A stretch of 64,000 bases of DNA from Patescibacteria group bacterium (GCA_038064475.1 JBBTTA010000002.1:83195-147194), one strand, 5' to 3'; counted from the stretch's first letter, positions 1 to 9,174 are shown. Notes: generated by a model not told the origin, from the letters alone. A program made the numbers and translations.

Positions 1-2862
1 TCCCACATTGAAGGTTTCTACTATAAGCCACGCATAGATAAAGAACTTCTTGAAACACACAAAGAAGGGCTCCTTGCTATTATTCCTATCTTCAACGGAG
101 AAACATCTGCACCAATTGTCGGCGGCCGTCCGGACGAAGCCCTCGCAATCGTCAATTTTTATCGGAACCTCTACGGCAACGACAGTGTGTATCTTGAAAT
201 AACACATCACCCTGAAATCGACAATCATCAAGCGCTTGTCGATGCGACAATCAAATTTGGCCGTGAACACAGTGTGCCACTCGTTGCTACAAATGACGTT
301 CAATATATGAAGCCAGACGATGCCCCTGCGCGTCGTACGCTTCTTTCTATCCAATCTGGAGGAGATTTTGGTAGCCGTGGCGGTTTTGGTGACAACGATG
401 CAGATTTTTCATTTGTGAATGGAGAAACAATGCAGGAACGTTTTGCGAATGTTCCTGCAGCAATTGAAAATACACAAAAAATTGCTGATATGTGTAATGT
501 CACGTTCACGCTCGGTGAATGGAAGTTTCCTAACTACATTATTGAATCAGGACGCACTGCAGACGATGAATTTCGCACGCTTGCATACGAAGGAGTGGAG
601 CGGCGAAATTACAATTTCACACCTGAAGCGAAAGAGCGTCTTGAATATGAACTTTCCATCATCGCCAAAAAAGGATATGCGACATATTTTCTCGTCGTGG
701 CAGATCTTCTTCGTGTTGCTCGTGAGCGCGGGATTTTGACAACGATCCGTGGTTCGGTCGCTGGCTCACTCGCAACGTATCTCACCGGCATTACAAACGT
801 AGATCCGCTTGAATACAAATTGCCGTTCGAACGTTTTCTTAATCCTGATCGTCCGTCTGCTCCTGATATCGATATGGATTACGCTGATAATCGTCGTGAT
901 GAAATGATTACGTATGCGCGCGAAAAATATGGTGCGGACAAAGTCGCACAGATTGGTACGTTCGGAACAATGCTTGCGCGCGGCTCGGTGCGCGACGCCG
1001 CGCGCGCCCTCGGCTACGACGTTGGAACTGCTGACGGCATCGCAAAATTAATCCCCCTGGGTTCACAAGGATTCCCCATGACGATTGATCGCGCGCTCAG
1101 AGAAGAAAGTGAGCTCAAGAGAATGTATGAGAATGACGACGATGCCCGCCGCATCATCGATATGGCAAAGAAAATTGAAGGCTGTGCTCGTCACATCTCT
1201 GTACATGCCGCGGGTGTGGTTATTTCGCCAATCCCCCTCATTGAACTCGTCCCTTTGCAGTTTGATACGAAAGGAGAAGAAAAACTCATCACACAATTTG
1301 ATATGCATGCCGTCGGTGAAGACAACGTCGGCCTTCTGAAGTTCGACTTCCTTGGTATTCGAAACCTCGCGATTCTCGCTGATGCCGTCAAGCGCATGAA
1401 AAAGATTTATAACATTGATATCGATATCGAAAATATTCCGCTCGATGACCCAAAGACATTTGCAATGCTTGCGCGCGGCGAAACTGAAGGTCTCTTCCAG
1501 TTGAACGGCAGTGGTATGACCAAGTTCCTCGTTGAACTCAAACCAACAACCATCCACGACATCAACGCCATGGTTGCTCTCTATCGCCCTGGTCCGATCG
1601 AAATGATTCCGGAGTACGTCGCGCGCAAACACGATGCATCAAAGATTCGTTTCCTCGACGAGCGCATGAAATCAATTCTCGATCGTTCATACGGTGTGAT
1701 TACGTATCAGGACGACGTCATGTTGATTGCGATTGAGCTTGGTGGTTTTTCATGGATTGAAGCCGATAAACTCCGCAAAGCCATGGGTAAAAAGATTCCA
1801 GCCCTCATGGAAGAACAAAAAGTGAAGCTCACCGAGGGCTTGGTCAAAAACGGCATGTCACTTCAAAAAGCCGAGGAACTCTGGAAACTCATCGAGCCGT
1901 TTGCCGCGTACGGTTTCAACAAAGCCCATGCCGCAAGTTATGGACGTGTCGCCTACCAAACAGCGTACATGAAAGCGAACTACCCGAGCGTCTATATGGC
2001 ATCAATCCTTACGGCTGAAGCTGGTGATGTTGAGAAAATCGCTGAAATTATTTCAGAATGTAAGCGCATGCACATCGAAGTGTTACCGCCTGACGTCAAC
2101 GAAAGTTTCGGTCCATTTTCTGTGGTGCCAGAAAAAGATGGTGAGCCAGAAAAAATCCGTTTTGGTCTCTACTCAATAAAAAACTTTGGTGAGGGTGTTG
2201 CTGAAGCAATCATCGAAGAACGGAAAGCAAACGGCGTGTACGCATCTCTTGAGGATTTTCTCACACGCGTAAAAGATAAAAACTTAAATAAAAAATCACT
2301 TGAAGCACTTATTCAGTCTGGTGCCTTGGATGCATTCGGCGAACGAGGGCAAATGCTCGCAAACATCGATACGCTCCTCGCCCACCACAAACAATCACTT
2401 GTTTTAAACAAAGAACAAGATAGTTTGTTTGGCGGCGTTATGATGCCATTCTCTGCGCTTCGTTTGAAAGAAGCAGAGCCCGCAACAACGACAGATAAAT
2501 TGCGTTGGGAAAAAGAGTTGCTCGGTTTGTATGTTTCCGGACACCCCTTGGATGCACACAAAAAGTTCATGGATACCACAAATACGAATATTCAAAAGAT
2601 GAAAGGCTTACCACCCGGTGTCACCTCTGTCGTGTACGGTCTTGTTGAAGATGTGCGCGCCATTCTTACAAAAAAAGGTGACAAAATGGCATTCGTAAAA
2701 ATAAGTGATATGTCAGGAACGCTTGAAGTCGTCTTTTTCCCTAAATCATTTGAAGCATCAAAAAGCCTCCTCACTCCTGGTATGTGTCTCGGCATCAAAG
2801 GAAAAATCTCAAGCAGGAATGGTGAACTCTCAATGTTGGCAAACCACGCAAAAACACTCTAG
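1..2862 (+). CDS. dnaE: DNA polymerase III alpha subunit, 5'-partial (runs off window start)
   Basis: Frame 1 is open from nt 1 into ORF 187..2862. PHP and polymerase-core motifs seen (FGTMLARGSVRDAARALGY, HAAGVVIS, YRPGP). Stop TAG at 2860. Confidence 0.9.
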   Translation, partial: SHIEGFYYKPRIDKELLETHKEGLLAIIPIFNGETSAPIVGGRPDEALAIVNFYRNLYGNDSVYLEITHHPEIDNHQALVDATIKFGREHSVPLVATNDVQYMKPDDAPARRTLLSIQSGGDFGSRGGFGDNDADFSFVNGETMQERFANVPAAIENTQKIADMCNVTFTLGEWKFPNYIIESGRTADDEFRTLAYEGVERRNYNFTPEAKERLEYELSIIAKKGYATYFLVVADLLRVARERGILTTIRGSVAGSLATYLTGITNVDPLEYKLPFERFLNPDRPSAPDIDMDYADNRRDEMITYAREKYGADKVAQIGTFGTMLARGSVRDAARALGYDVGTADGIAKLIPLGSQGFPMTIDRALREESELKRMYENDDDARRIIDMAKKIEGCARHISVHAAGVVISPIPLIELVPLQFDTKGEEKLITQFDMHAVGEDNVGLLKFDFLGIRNLAILADAVKRMKKIYNIDIDIENIPLDDPKTFAMLARGETEGLFQLNGSGMTKFLVELKPTTIHDINAMVALYRPGPIEMIPEYVARKHDASKIRFLDERMKSILDRSYGVITYQDDVMLIAIELGGFSWIEADKLRKAMGKKIPALMEEQKVKLTEGLVKNGMSLQKAEELWKLIEPFAAYGFNKAHAASYGRVAYQTAYMKANYPSVYMASILTAEAGDVEKIAEIISECKRMHIEVLPPDVNESFGPFSVVPEKDGEPEKIRFGLYSIKNFGEGVAEAIIEERKANGVYASLEDFLTRVKDKNLNKKSLEALIQSGALDAFGERGQMLANIDTLLAHHKQSLVLNKEQDSLFGGVMMPFSALRLKEAEPATTTDKLRWEKELLGLYVSGHPLDAHKKFMDTTNTNIQKMKGLPPGVTSVVYGLVEDVRAILTKKGDKMAFVKISDMSGTLEVVFFPKSFEASKSLLTPGMCLGIKGKISSRNGELSMLANHAKTL

Positions 2863-2869
2863 TAAAAAG

Positions 2870-2896
2870 AAAACCTCAGCCGTTAGCTGAGGTTTT
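2870..2896. terminator. Hairpin aaaacctcagccgttagctgaggtttt after dnaE; a second hairpin follows at 2903-2929
   Basis: Perfect inverted repeat flanked by A/T runs; read directly in sequence. Confidence 0.6.
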
Positions 2897-3457
2897 GTTG
2901 CTGCGTGGCATCTGCAACAGATGCCACGCGTTCAGATACGAGAACCACTTGATAGGGCCTTTCCCGAACACCTTTTTTTTGGATTTCTCGAGAGGAATGT
3001 AGAATCGCATGAAGGAAGCCCCTTCAGAAAACCTTTCGAGCAAAACACTATTCGGAACGATGAAGATTTCGTTCCCGTTCTCCGGATGAACCCTGAAAAA
3101 CAACGTGAATGATGATTTCAGAAGTGCAGAGCGCGTCACACCTGGGAACGAGTACCGATGAACCTCCCCGCGGAATGTCCGAAGGAAGTGGAGCGTACAT
3201 CGGTAGTACCCAATCATGAAGTCTCGCTTGGCAAAGCCCCAGTTGCGCGTTCCCACCTGTACGGAAACGCGCGCGACCGAAATGCCCAGATGCTTGCCAA
3301 CCTCGAAGAGGTGGGCACTGGCCGGTCCTTCAGGACCGGCGTTCTTTCTTTTCAGAAATCGTTCCTTAGGAGACTTCGCCTTGACCTCAACCAGAGACTC
3401 TACCAAAAACTCCGTTTTTCTCTCAGCCCAACCCTTCCTTTGAAACGGGTGTAACAT
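2876..3457 (-). CDS. Hypothetical basic protein in a GC-rich (~55%) patch; could instead be a noncoding locus
   Basis: 193-aa ORF with GGGGG SD-like sequence 8 nt upstream of the ATG. No recognisable family. No RNase P or tmRNA motifs found by eye. Confidence 0.3.
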   Translation of the reverse strand: MLHPFQRKGWAERKTEFLVESLVEVKAKSPKERFLKRKNAGPEGPASAHLFEVGKHLGISVARVSVQVGTRNWGFAKRDFMIGYYRCTLHFLRTFRGEVHRYSFPGVTRSALLKSSFTLFFRVHPENGNEIFIVPNSVLLERFSEGASFMRFYIPLEKSKKKVFGKGPIKWFSYLNAWHLLQMPRSNKTSANG

Positions 3458-3557
3458 CTGAGACCCCCTTTTTTAAAAAACGTCCGGCGTCATTGTACCC
3501 AAGGATGACAGAAACGACAAGCCGGAGATGGTGTGCTAAAATCAACCTATCTTTTCT

Positions 3558-5315
3558 ATGAAAAAGCACGACATGGCCTCGGATCTTGCGCCTATGCGCC
3601 ACACCCTCGCCCACCTTTTGGCTGCTGTTGTTTTGGATATCTATCCAGACGCCAAACCTACCCTTGGTCCTGCAATTGATACAGGTTTTTACTACGACTT
3701 TGAGTTTTCAAAACCGCTTCAGGAAGATGACCTCAAAAATCTTGAAGAGAAAATGCGTGACCTCCTTCCTTCATGGAAAGAATTTACACATGAAGAAGTT
3801 TCAAAAGAAGACGCACTTAAAAAGTTTGCTGGGAATATTTACAAAGAAGAACTTATCAATGAAATTGTTGAACGAGAAGAAACAATAACACTCTACACAT
3901 GCGGAGGTTTTACTGACCTTTGTCGCGGTGGACACGTTGATCATCCCGCAAAAGATATCGATGTCAACTCTTTCTCTCTTTCACATCTTGCCGGTGCGTA
4001 CTGGCGCGGTGATGAAAAAAACAAAATGCTTACTCGTGTATATGGTTTGGCGTTCACATCAAAAAAAGAACTTGATGCGTACAAAACACAGCAAGAGGAA
4101 GCAAAGAAACGCGACCACCGAAAAATTGGAAAAGAACTTGATTTGTTTACCTTCTCTGACTATGTCGGTAGCGGCCTTCCTCTTTACACACCCCGCGGTG
4201 CCCTCATCAGACGTCTTCTTAACGAATATATTGAATCTCTCCAGTCAAAAGAGGGTTATGAGCAAGTGTGGACGCCTCAGATGGCAAAAGCTTCACTTTT
4301 CAAACAATCAGGACATTACGATAAGTATAAAGACAGCATGTTCCGTGTTGTCTCAAACTACTCTGAGGAAGAGTTTTTCCTCAAGCCAATGAACTGCCCG
4401 CAGCACACTCAGATTTATGCAAGTTCGCCAAAGAGTTATCGAGATTTGCCTGTACGCTACACCGACTTTGCAATGCTCTACCGCGATGAGCAGCCTGGCC
4501 AGTTGAATGGTCTTGCACGTGTTCGTGCTTTCTCTCAAGACGATTGTCATATTTTCTGTCGCGAAGATCAGGTGGATGAGGAAATTGACACTGCACTTTC
4601 AATGACGAAAAAAGTTATGGCGACATTCGGTTTTAAGTATAAATATCGCCTCTCAACAAGAGATCCTAACGATCAGAGCAAATACCTTGGTGACCCTGAC
4701 ACATGGGACAAAGTAGAAGCATGGGCAGAAAAGATAATGAAGCGAAATGATATCGAATATTTCCCTGGCCCAGGCGAAGCATCATTCTATGCACCAAAAA
4801 TGGATCTCTTGGCAACAGATGCGCTTGGGCGAGAATGGCAACTTTCTACAGTACAGATCGACTTTGTGATGCCAGAGCGTTTTGATCTTACCTACACCGA
4901 TAAGGATGGGAAAGAAAAACACCCCGTCATGATTCACCGCGCTATTATCGGTTCTCCCGAGCGATTTATAATGATGCTTTTGGAACACTTTTCCGGCGCT
5001 CTCCCAACATGGCTCTCGCCTGTTCAGGTAAACGTTGTTCCTGTGAGCGAAGAACAATTTGAGTACGCACAGAAAGTAAACGATGTACTCAAGGACAAAG
5101 GCATTCGTGTTGAGTTTGATAATTCAAATGAAGGATTGGGGAAAAAAATCCGCTCATGGAAAGTATCGAAATCTCCATATGCGATTGTTGTTGGCAATAA
5201 AGAGGTTGAAAGCAACACTATTACTGTCGAACATCGCAACGGAACAAAAGAAGTACTTACCGTTGAAGCCTTTACAGAGAAACTCGAAGAAGAAATCAAA
5301 ACTCGCGCCCTCTAG
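3558..5315 (+). CDS. thrS: Threonyl-tRNA synthetase
   Basis: Class II aaRS motifs and a ThrRS-like catalytic core (HRKIGKELDLF, FRDEQPGQLNGLARVR). 585 aa. Confidence 0.9.
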   Translation: MKKHDMASDLAPMRHTLAHLLAAVVLDIYPDAKPTLGPAIDTGFYYDFEFSKPLQEDDLKNLEEKMRDLLPSWKEFTHEEVSKEDALKKFAGNIYKEELINEIVEREETITLYTCGGFTDLCRGGHVDHPAKDIDVNSFSLSHLAGAYWRGDEKNKMLTRVYGLAFTSKKELDAYKTQQEEAKKRDHRKIGKELDLFTFSDYVGSGLPLYTPRGALIRRLLNEYIESLQSKEGYEQVWTPQMAKASLFKQSGHYDKYKDSMFRVVSNYSEEEFFLKPMNCPQHTQIYASSPKSYRDLPVRYTDFAMLYRDEQPGQLNGLARVRAFSQDDCHIFCREDQVDEEIDTALSMTKKVMATFGFKYKYRLSTRDPNDQSKYLGDPDTWDKVEAWAEKIMKRNDIEYFPGPGEASFYAPKMDLLATDALGREWQLSTVQIDFVMPERFDLTYTDKDGKEKHPVMIHRAIIGSPERFIMMLLEHFSGALPTWLSPVQVNVVPVSEEQFEYAQKVNDVLKDKGIRVEFDNSNEGLGKKIRSWKVSKSPYAIVVGNKEVESNTITVEHRNGTKEVLTVEAFTEKLEEEIKTRAL

Positions 5316-5321
5316 CCCTTA

Positions 5322-5361
5322 AAAACCATTCTCTAATTCGCTCGAATTAGAGAATGGTTTT
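5322..5361. repeat. Long palindrome aaaaccattctctaattcgctcgaattagagaatggtttt (copy 1)
   Basis: 19-bp stem hairpin. Its core tctctaattcgctcgaattagaga repeats at 5643-5674. Confidence 0.6.
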
Positions 5362-5373
5362 GGGCTGGTCTTT

Positions 5374-5640
5374 TTATAAAGATTTCAGAATGTATTTTAC
5401 AAATTGAGGTACATTTTTGGTAATACAGCAATATACATCAAGGCTTCGTTGTTCTTTTTCGATAATTCCGGCAGCGTATAAAATAATCAAATGTTTTGAT
5501 GTTGCCTTGAAAGATAATTTTATGTTTCGAGCAACACCAGAAACAGTTGCCCCATTCTCTTTTTTAAGATGACTAAGAATCCGCAGTCGACGGGCATTTG
5601 CAAGTGCCTTAAGTACTTTTGTTATTTCTTTTTCTTTCAT
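5374..5640 (-). CDS. ArsR/SmtB-family HTH transcriptional regulator (small)
   Basis: 88 aa. LRILSHL....ATVSGVA pattern typical of ArsR-type wHTH. Flanked on both sides by the same palindrome. Confidence 0.55.
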   Translation of the reverse strand: MKEKEITKVLKALANARRLRILSHLKKENGATVSGVARNIKLSFKATSKHLIILYAAGIIEKEQRSLDVYCCITKNVPQFVKYILKSL

Positions 5641-5642
5641 GG

Positions 5643-5674
5643 TTATTCTCTAATTCGCTCGAATTAGAGAATAA
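5643..5674. repeat. Palindrome ttattctctaattcgctcgaattagagaataa (copy 2)
   Basis: Same core as 5322-5361. Lies immediately upstream of the ArsR-like gene start. Confidence 0.6.
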
Positions 5675-5717
5675 CAGAGATAGATAAAATTGATTTAAAG
5701 AATTTAAAACTTTGATT

Positions 5718-6278
5718 TTATTTTTTACTCTTAAAACAATCCACACTGTGGTCGTTGACCATGCCTGTTGCTTGCATGTGAGCATATAAGACTGTTGAAC
5801 CTAGGAATTTAAAGCCTCGTTTTTTCATATCACGCGCAAGTGCGTCTGATTCGGGAGATGTTGCTTTGTAATCTTTATGCGTGCGGATTTTATTCCTGAT
5901 TGTCTTTCCTCCCACAAAACCCCAGATGTATTTTGAAAATGTGCCGAACTCTTTTTTCACTTCCAAAAATCGCTTTGCATTGTTGATTGCCGATTCAATC
6001 TTTGCACGGTTTCTGATGATACCTTCGTTTTTCATCAACTTCCTAACATCTGAACCTCTAAACTTAGAAACTTTGGTGGTGTCAAATCCCGCAAATACTT
6101 TTCGATAATTTTCCCGCTTCTTCAAAACTGTCTCCCACGAAAGTCCTGCCTGTGCACTTTCAAGAACTAAAAATTCAAATATTTTTCTATCATCGTGCAC
6201 AGGAACTCCCCACTCAGTATCGTGATACTGCATATAGAGTTCGTTCGATTCTTTGACCCATGGACAACGCTTTTTCAT
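5718..6278 (-). CDS. tag: DNA-3-methyladenine glycosylase I
   Basis: CPWV...YHDTEWGVP...GLSWETVLKKRENYRKVF matches the Tag family. Start is probably the internal MKKRCPW at 6278; the ORF track runs to 6305. Confidence 0.85.
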   Translation of the reverse strand: MKKRCPWVKESNELYMQYHDTEWGVPVHDDRKIFEFLVLESAQAGLSWETVLKKRENYRKVFAGFDTTKVSKFRGSDVRKLMKNEGIIRNRAKIESAINNAKRFLEVKKEFGTFSKYIWGFVGGKTIRNKIRTHKDYKATSPESDALARDMKKRGFKFLGSTVLYAHMQATGMVNDHSVDCFKSKK

Positions 6279-6279
6279 A

Positions 6280-6594
6280 TCAAAATTCAAATAACTTATC
6301 TGCAAAGTTTTCTATTCTGTCATTCTCATCAACTATAATTCCCTCTTTTTTATAGAGTGCCATACGCTTTTTTCTGTATTCACTGTTCACCCAAATCTTT
6401 CCATCAGCATACACAATGCGATGAAATGGAATCTCTACTCCTTCGTCGGCTGCTTTTCCTAAAATTGAAGTGATTGATTGTGCGGCTATTCCCCCGCTGC
6501 CAGCGGCGCGTGCAATTCGCCCGTATGTTGTCACACGACCTGCCGGAATCTTCTGTGCCGCTTTTACTACCCGCTCACTAAAAGAGTCTTTCAT
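6280..6594 (-). CDS. Alkyltransferase-like (MGMT DNA-binding domain) protein; active-site Cys replaced by Phe (IPFHRIV)
   Basis: TTYGRIA...IPFHRIV aligns with the MGMT C-terminal domain (PCHRV). Start taken at MKDSF (6594) because the upstream ORF extension overlaps tRNA-Glu. Confidence 0.6.
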   Translation of the reverse strand: MKDSFSERVVKAAQKIPAGRVTTYGRIARAAGSGGIAAQSITSILGKAADEGVEIPFHRIVYADGKIWVNSEYRKKRMALYKKEGIIVDENDRIENFADKLFEF

Positions 6595-6599
6595 TTTTG

Positions 6600-6671
6600 T
6601 GACCTCACGGGGAATCGAACCCCGATTACCGCCTTGAGAAGGCGATGTCCTGACCGTTAGACGATGAGGCC
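6600..6671 (-). tRNA. tRNA-Glu (anticodon CUC)
   Basis: Cloverleaf ggcctca/tgaggtc acceptor. Anticodon loop UUCUCAA. Close match to a canonical tRNA-Glu body. No CCA encoded. Confidence 0.85.
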
Positions 6672-6718
6672 GTGCGATTACAATAGCCGAGATATGGCTC
6701 TTTTTCAAGCAAAAATTG

Positions 6719-6986
6719 AGCCGTTGGCCGGGATTGAACCGGCGACCCCGTCCTTCGTGCTACCCACGTTTTTCATTCAAACGAATATTGCGTGGGGCTA
6801 GACTGTATGTCGAGCGTGCAGAGTGCGACGCTTCCCTTGTCAGTCGTTCGAGCCCTCTCAAAAGAGTGCTACGGTCTCAACCTATCGTTAGGCCATTAAC
6901 CGTTATTCGGGATTCGTTTTGAATGTTTCCATCCAAAAGGGCAAGATTTTACCATGGACGTGCTCTACCAACTGAGCTACAACGGC
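6719..6986 (-). tRNA. Split tRNA, probable tRNA-Thr (anticodon GGU), interrupted by a ~195-nt intron after position 36
   Basis: 5' exon gccgttgtagctcagttggtagagcacgtccatggt at 6986..6951. 3' exon aaggacggggtcgccggttcaatcccggccaacggct at 6755..6719. Joined exons give a 7-nt loop auGGUaa. Confidence 0.7.
6756..6950 (-). other. Probable group I self-splicing intron in the tRNA anticodon loop
   Basis: 5' exon ends in U and the intron ends in G (..gtagcacg). GC-rich and structured. GACCGU and CAGUCUAGCC-like elements recall group I P3/P7 regions. Confidence 0.5.
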
Positions 6987-7193
6987 TAGTGAGTGGACTC
7001 GCAGTTTGGGGCGTAGCTTTCGAGAAGCAGGCGTAGCCTTCGAGGGGAGAAAGAAAAGGAAGCTTGTTTACTTTTCTTTTGAATCGAGAAGGTGGGAGCT
7101 TGTATTCGAGAAAGCGGGAACCTGATTAACTATGAGCCACGAGCGAAGACGGTGTATCCGATACAACGGCTTTGCTCCTCCGTATCCTACACG

Positions 7194-7225
7194 AAAAAAC
7201 ACCTCCCGTCAGGAGGTGTTTTTTT
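7194..7225. terminator. Bidirectional rho-independent terminator aaaaaacacctcccgtcaggaggtgttttttt
   Basis: Perfect hairpin flanked by A and T runs. Confidence 0.7.
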
Positions 7226-7239
7226 GAAAAGTATTTCAA

Positions 7240-7932
7240 TTACATCTGCGCAGGAGCAGAAGGTGCAGTCGGTGCTGCGGGAGCAGGAGCAGGCATTGGC
7301 ATTGCTTTTGCCGCAAGCTCGATGTCATCACGACGATCAAGCTTCTTGTAGATATATGTAAGCGCAAGTATCGTCACCGGAATCGTAACGAGAAGTCCAA
7401 CACCAAAGAGAAGCGCGCCGAGAATGTTAATAACAATAGCGACAAGCATAAAACCAAAGAGGTTCCACTTGTGACCATCCGTCAAACGGCGGCTTTCCTT
7501 GAGTGTCTCTACAATACCCATGTGCTTCTCAAGTGTAATAAAGACAACCATTGAGAGCATAAGTTGTGCGATGATGCCTGGAACAATGAGCAATACAAAT
7601 CCGATAACAACAATGACACCGGTAAGGACCATCACAAGCGCAAATTTGTAGAGAGTCTCCCATTTCTCTGCAAACAACATCTTGAAGTTGATTGGGCGAC
7701 CTGCCTGTGCGTTAAGTGCGATGCGTGCGAAGCCAAGGTAAATCCACCACTGCACCAACACACTTACAACATCCACGACCACTTCAATAAGTCCGCCCGC
7801 ATTTTTGCCAATGTTGTCAACGACGATTGAAATAACAAGTGCCACAAGCGCAATACCTCCGTAAAGCCATGGTTCTTTCTTGAACGTGTTCCAGGCAAAC
7901 GTAAGCGCCTCTTTAATTGAAAAAGATTGCAT
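7240..7932 (-). CDS. Integral membrane protein (multi-TM), Pro/Ala-rich C-terminus
   Basis: 230 aa. Hydrophobic helices throughout. Ends ...MPMPAPAPAAPTAPSAPAQM. Confidence 0.55.
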   Translation of the reverse strand: MQSFSIKEALTFAWNTFKKEPWLYGGIALVALVISIVVDNIGKNAGGLIEVVVDVVSVLVQWWIYLGFARIALNAQAGRPINFKMLFAEKWETLYKFALVMVLTGVIVVIGFVLLIVPGIIAQLMLSMVVFITLEKHMGIVETLKESRRLTDGHKWNLFGFMLVAIVINILGALLFGVGLLVTIPVTILALTYIYKKLDRRDDIELAAKAMPMPAPAPAAPTAPSAPAQM

Positions 7933-7985
7933 AATCTCGGTTTATGTAATAACACCTTTATTTTACCACAGCACCCCCCCAGTGT

Positions 7986-8435
7986 TTACGATCCTATACT
8001 CCTTCGCACAGGGTGCATATGAGCCGCTATAGCGAGCGCAGAGGCGATAATTGCGAGGTTTTTGATGATATATTGCCCTTCAAGTGTTGGGACAAAAGGC
8101 GCCTGCCACGTGATTTCCGGCAACATAAAGAGTGGCATGAACGTCATTGCCATGTGGATGAAAAGAAGCGGAATGACAACACGCTCCGTTCCCTTAATGA
8201 GGAAGAGAATCCCAATAAGACATTCGAATGCCGCGAAGAGCATGAAAAAGACGTCAAACGACATGAATGAGATTGTCTGTGTATAGAGATTGCGAACCAG
8301 CCCCGCAGCAGGGCTCATTCCAAGGAGCTTCAAAAGACCAAACCAAAAAAAGATAACAAAGAGGCCAAAACGGGCAACCGGAACGGTCAGGTTCCGTGCA
8401 AGGTGCACTAGTCCTCTATCTAATGGTCCAATCAT
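7986..8435 (-). CDS. Small membrane protein (DoxX-like, 4 TM)
   Basis: 149-aa hydrophobic ORF. Confidence 0.5.
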   Translation of the reverse strand: MIGPLDRGLVHLARNLTVPVARFGLFVIFFWFGLLKLLGMSPAAGLVRNLYTQTISFMSFDVFFMLFAAFECLIGILFLIKGTERVVIPLLFIHMAMTFMPLFMLPEITWQAPFVPTLEGQYIIKNLAIIASALAIAAHMHPVRRSIGS

Positions 8436-8606
8436 ACTAGGATTATTTTCTCATGATTTAGAAACATTAAAAGCACCCTGGACACTAAAAGAGGATAATT
8501 GATTTTTAGGTCAATTCTGGTAATATCATCAGAGTCTGGAGTCGTAAGCGAAGGGTTCGTCGTAAGCGAAGCTTCCACCTCCAGCATTCAGACCACATAG
8601 TCAATC

Positions 8607-8679
8607 GGGCTCCCCTCATCTCGACGGCGAGAAAAAGTAAGCGAGCTTCCTTTTTCTCTTCTCTCGATGACTACGCCCT
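8607..8679 (+). repeat. tRNA-upstream ~73-nt repeat, copy A (gggctcccctcatctcgacggcgagaaaaagtaagcgagcttcc...ctacgccct)
   Basis: About 90% identical to 9022-9094; diverged third copy at 9175-9230. Each lies 25-40 nt upstream of a tRNA or tRNA 5' fragment. Confidence 0.55.
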
Positions 8680-8702
8680 AGAACTGCGTGTCATCTTCAT
8701 TT

Positions 8703-8779
8703 GGAGTCGTAGCTCAACTGGTTAGAGCGCTTCCCTGTCACGGAAGAGGTTGCGGGTTCGAGTCCCGTCGATTCCGCCA
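8703..8779 (+). tRNA. tRNA-Asp (anticodon GUC), CCA encoded
   Basis: ggagtcg acceptor, D-arm tagctcaactggttagagc, loop CUGUCAC, T-arm gcgggttcgagtcccgt, 3' gattccgcca. Confidence 0.9.
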
Positions 8780-8869
8780 AAATTGACATTTTGGACGGGA
8801 CGAGAAGGCCGGAGTCTACCGTAGGTAGACGAGGCGGGGTCGCGAACACTTAACGAGTCGTCGAGTTTA

Positions 8870-8902
8870 GTGATTCGTGACCGAGTCCCGTCGATTCCGC
8901 CA
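8870..8902 (+). repeat. Junction motif gtgattcgtgacc followed by a 20-nt duplicate of the tRNA-Asp 3' end (gagtcccgtcgattccgcca)
   Basis: Exact direct repeat of 8760-8779, 104 nt downstream. att-like scar. The same junction is seen at 10245 and at 48243 on the minus strand. Confidence 0.6.
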
Positions 8903-9021
8903 AAAAGAGCCGCCTCGCTAAATCGCGAGGCGGCTTCTGCTTTTCCTATTTTTATTGTAGAATGCGACAGCGCTGTTGTATAAGGTATACGTCAGCGCTT
9001 CGGACTTACATGACCAGTCTT

Positions 9022-9094
9022 GGGCTCCCATCATCTCGACGGCGAGAAAAAGTAAGCAAGCTTCTTTTTTCTCTTCTCTCGATAACTACGCCCT
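9022..9094 (+). repeat. tRNA-upstream repeat, copy B, followed by a tRNA-Met 5' fragment gctgacgta at 9117-9125
   Basis: Near-identical to copy A. The downstream 9-mer equals positions 1-9 of the tRNA at 9272. Confidence 0.5.
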
Positions 9095-9174
9095 GGGTCG
9101 CGTATCATCCTCATATGCTGACGTAAGAGTGAAGACCCTCTTTCCTCAGCGGCACTCCAAGCATATACCCCTCG

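Noticed and set aside
2876-3557. RNase P RNA or tmRNA between dnaE and thrS
   Set aside because: Searched both strands for the P4/CR motifs (GGAAAGUCCGG, ACAGAAA...) and a tmRNA tRNA-like 3' end. None found. Left as hypothetical ORF or unknown.
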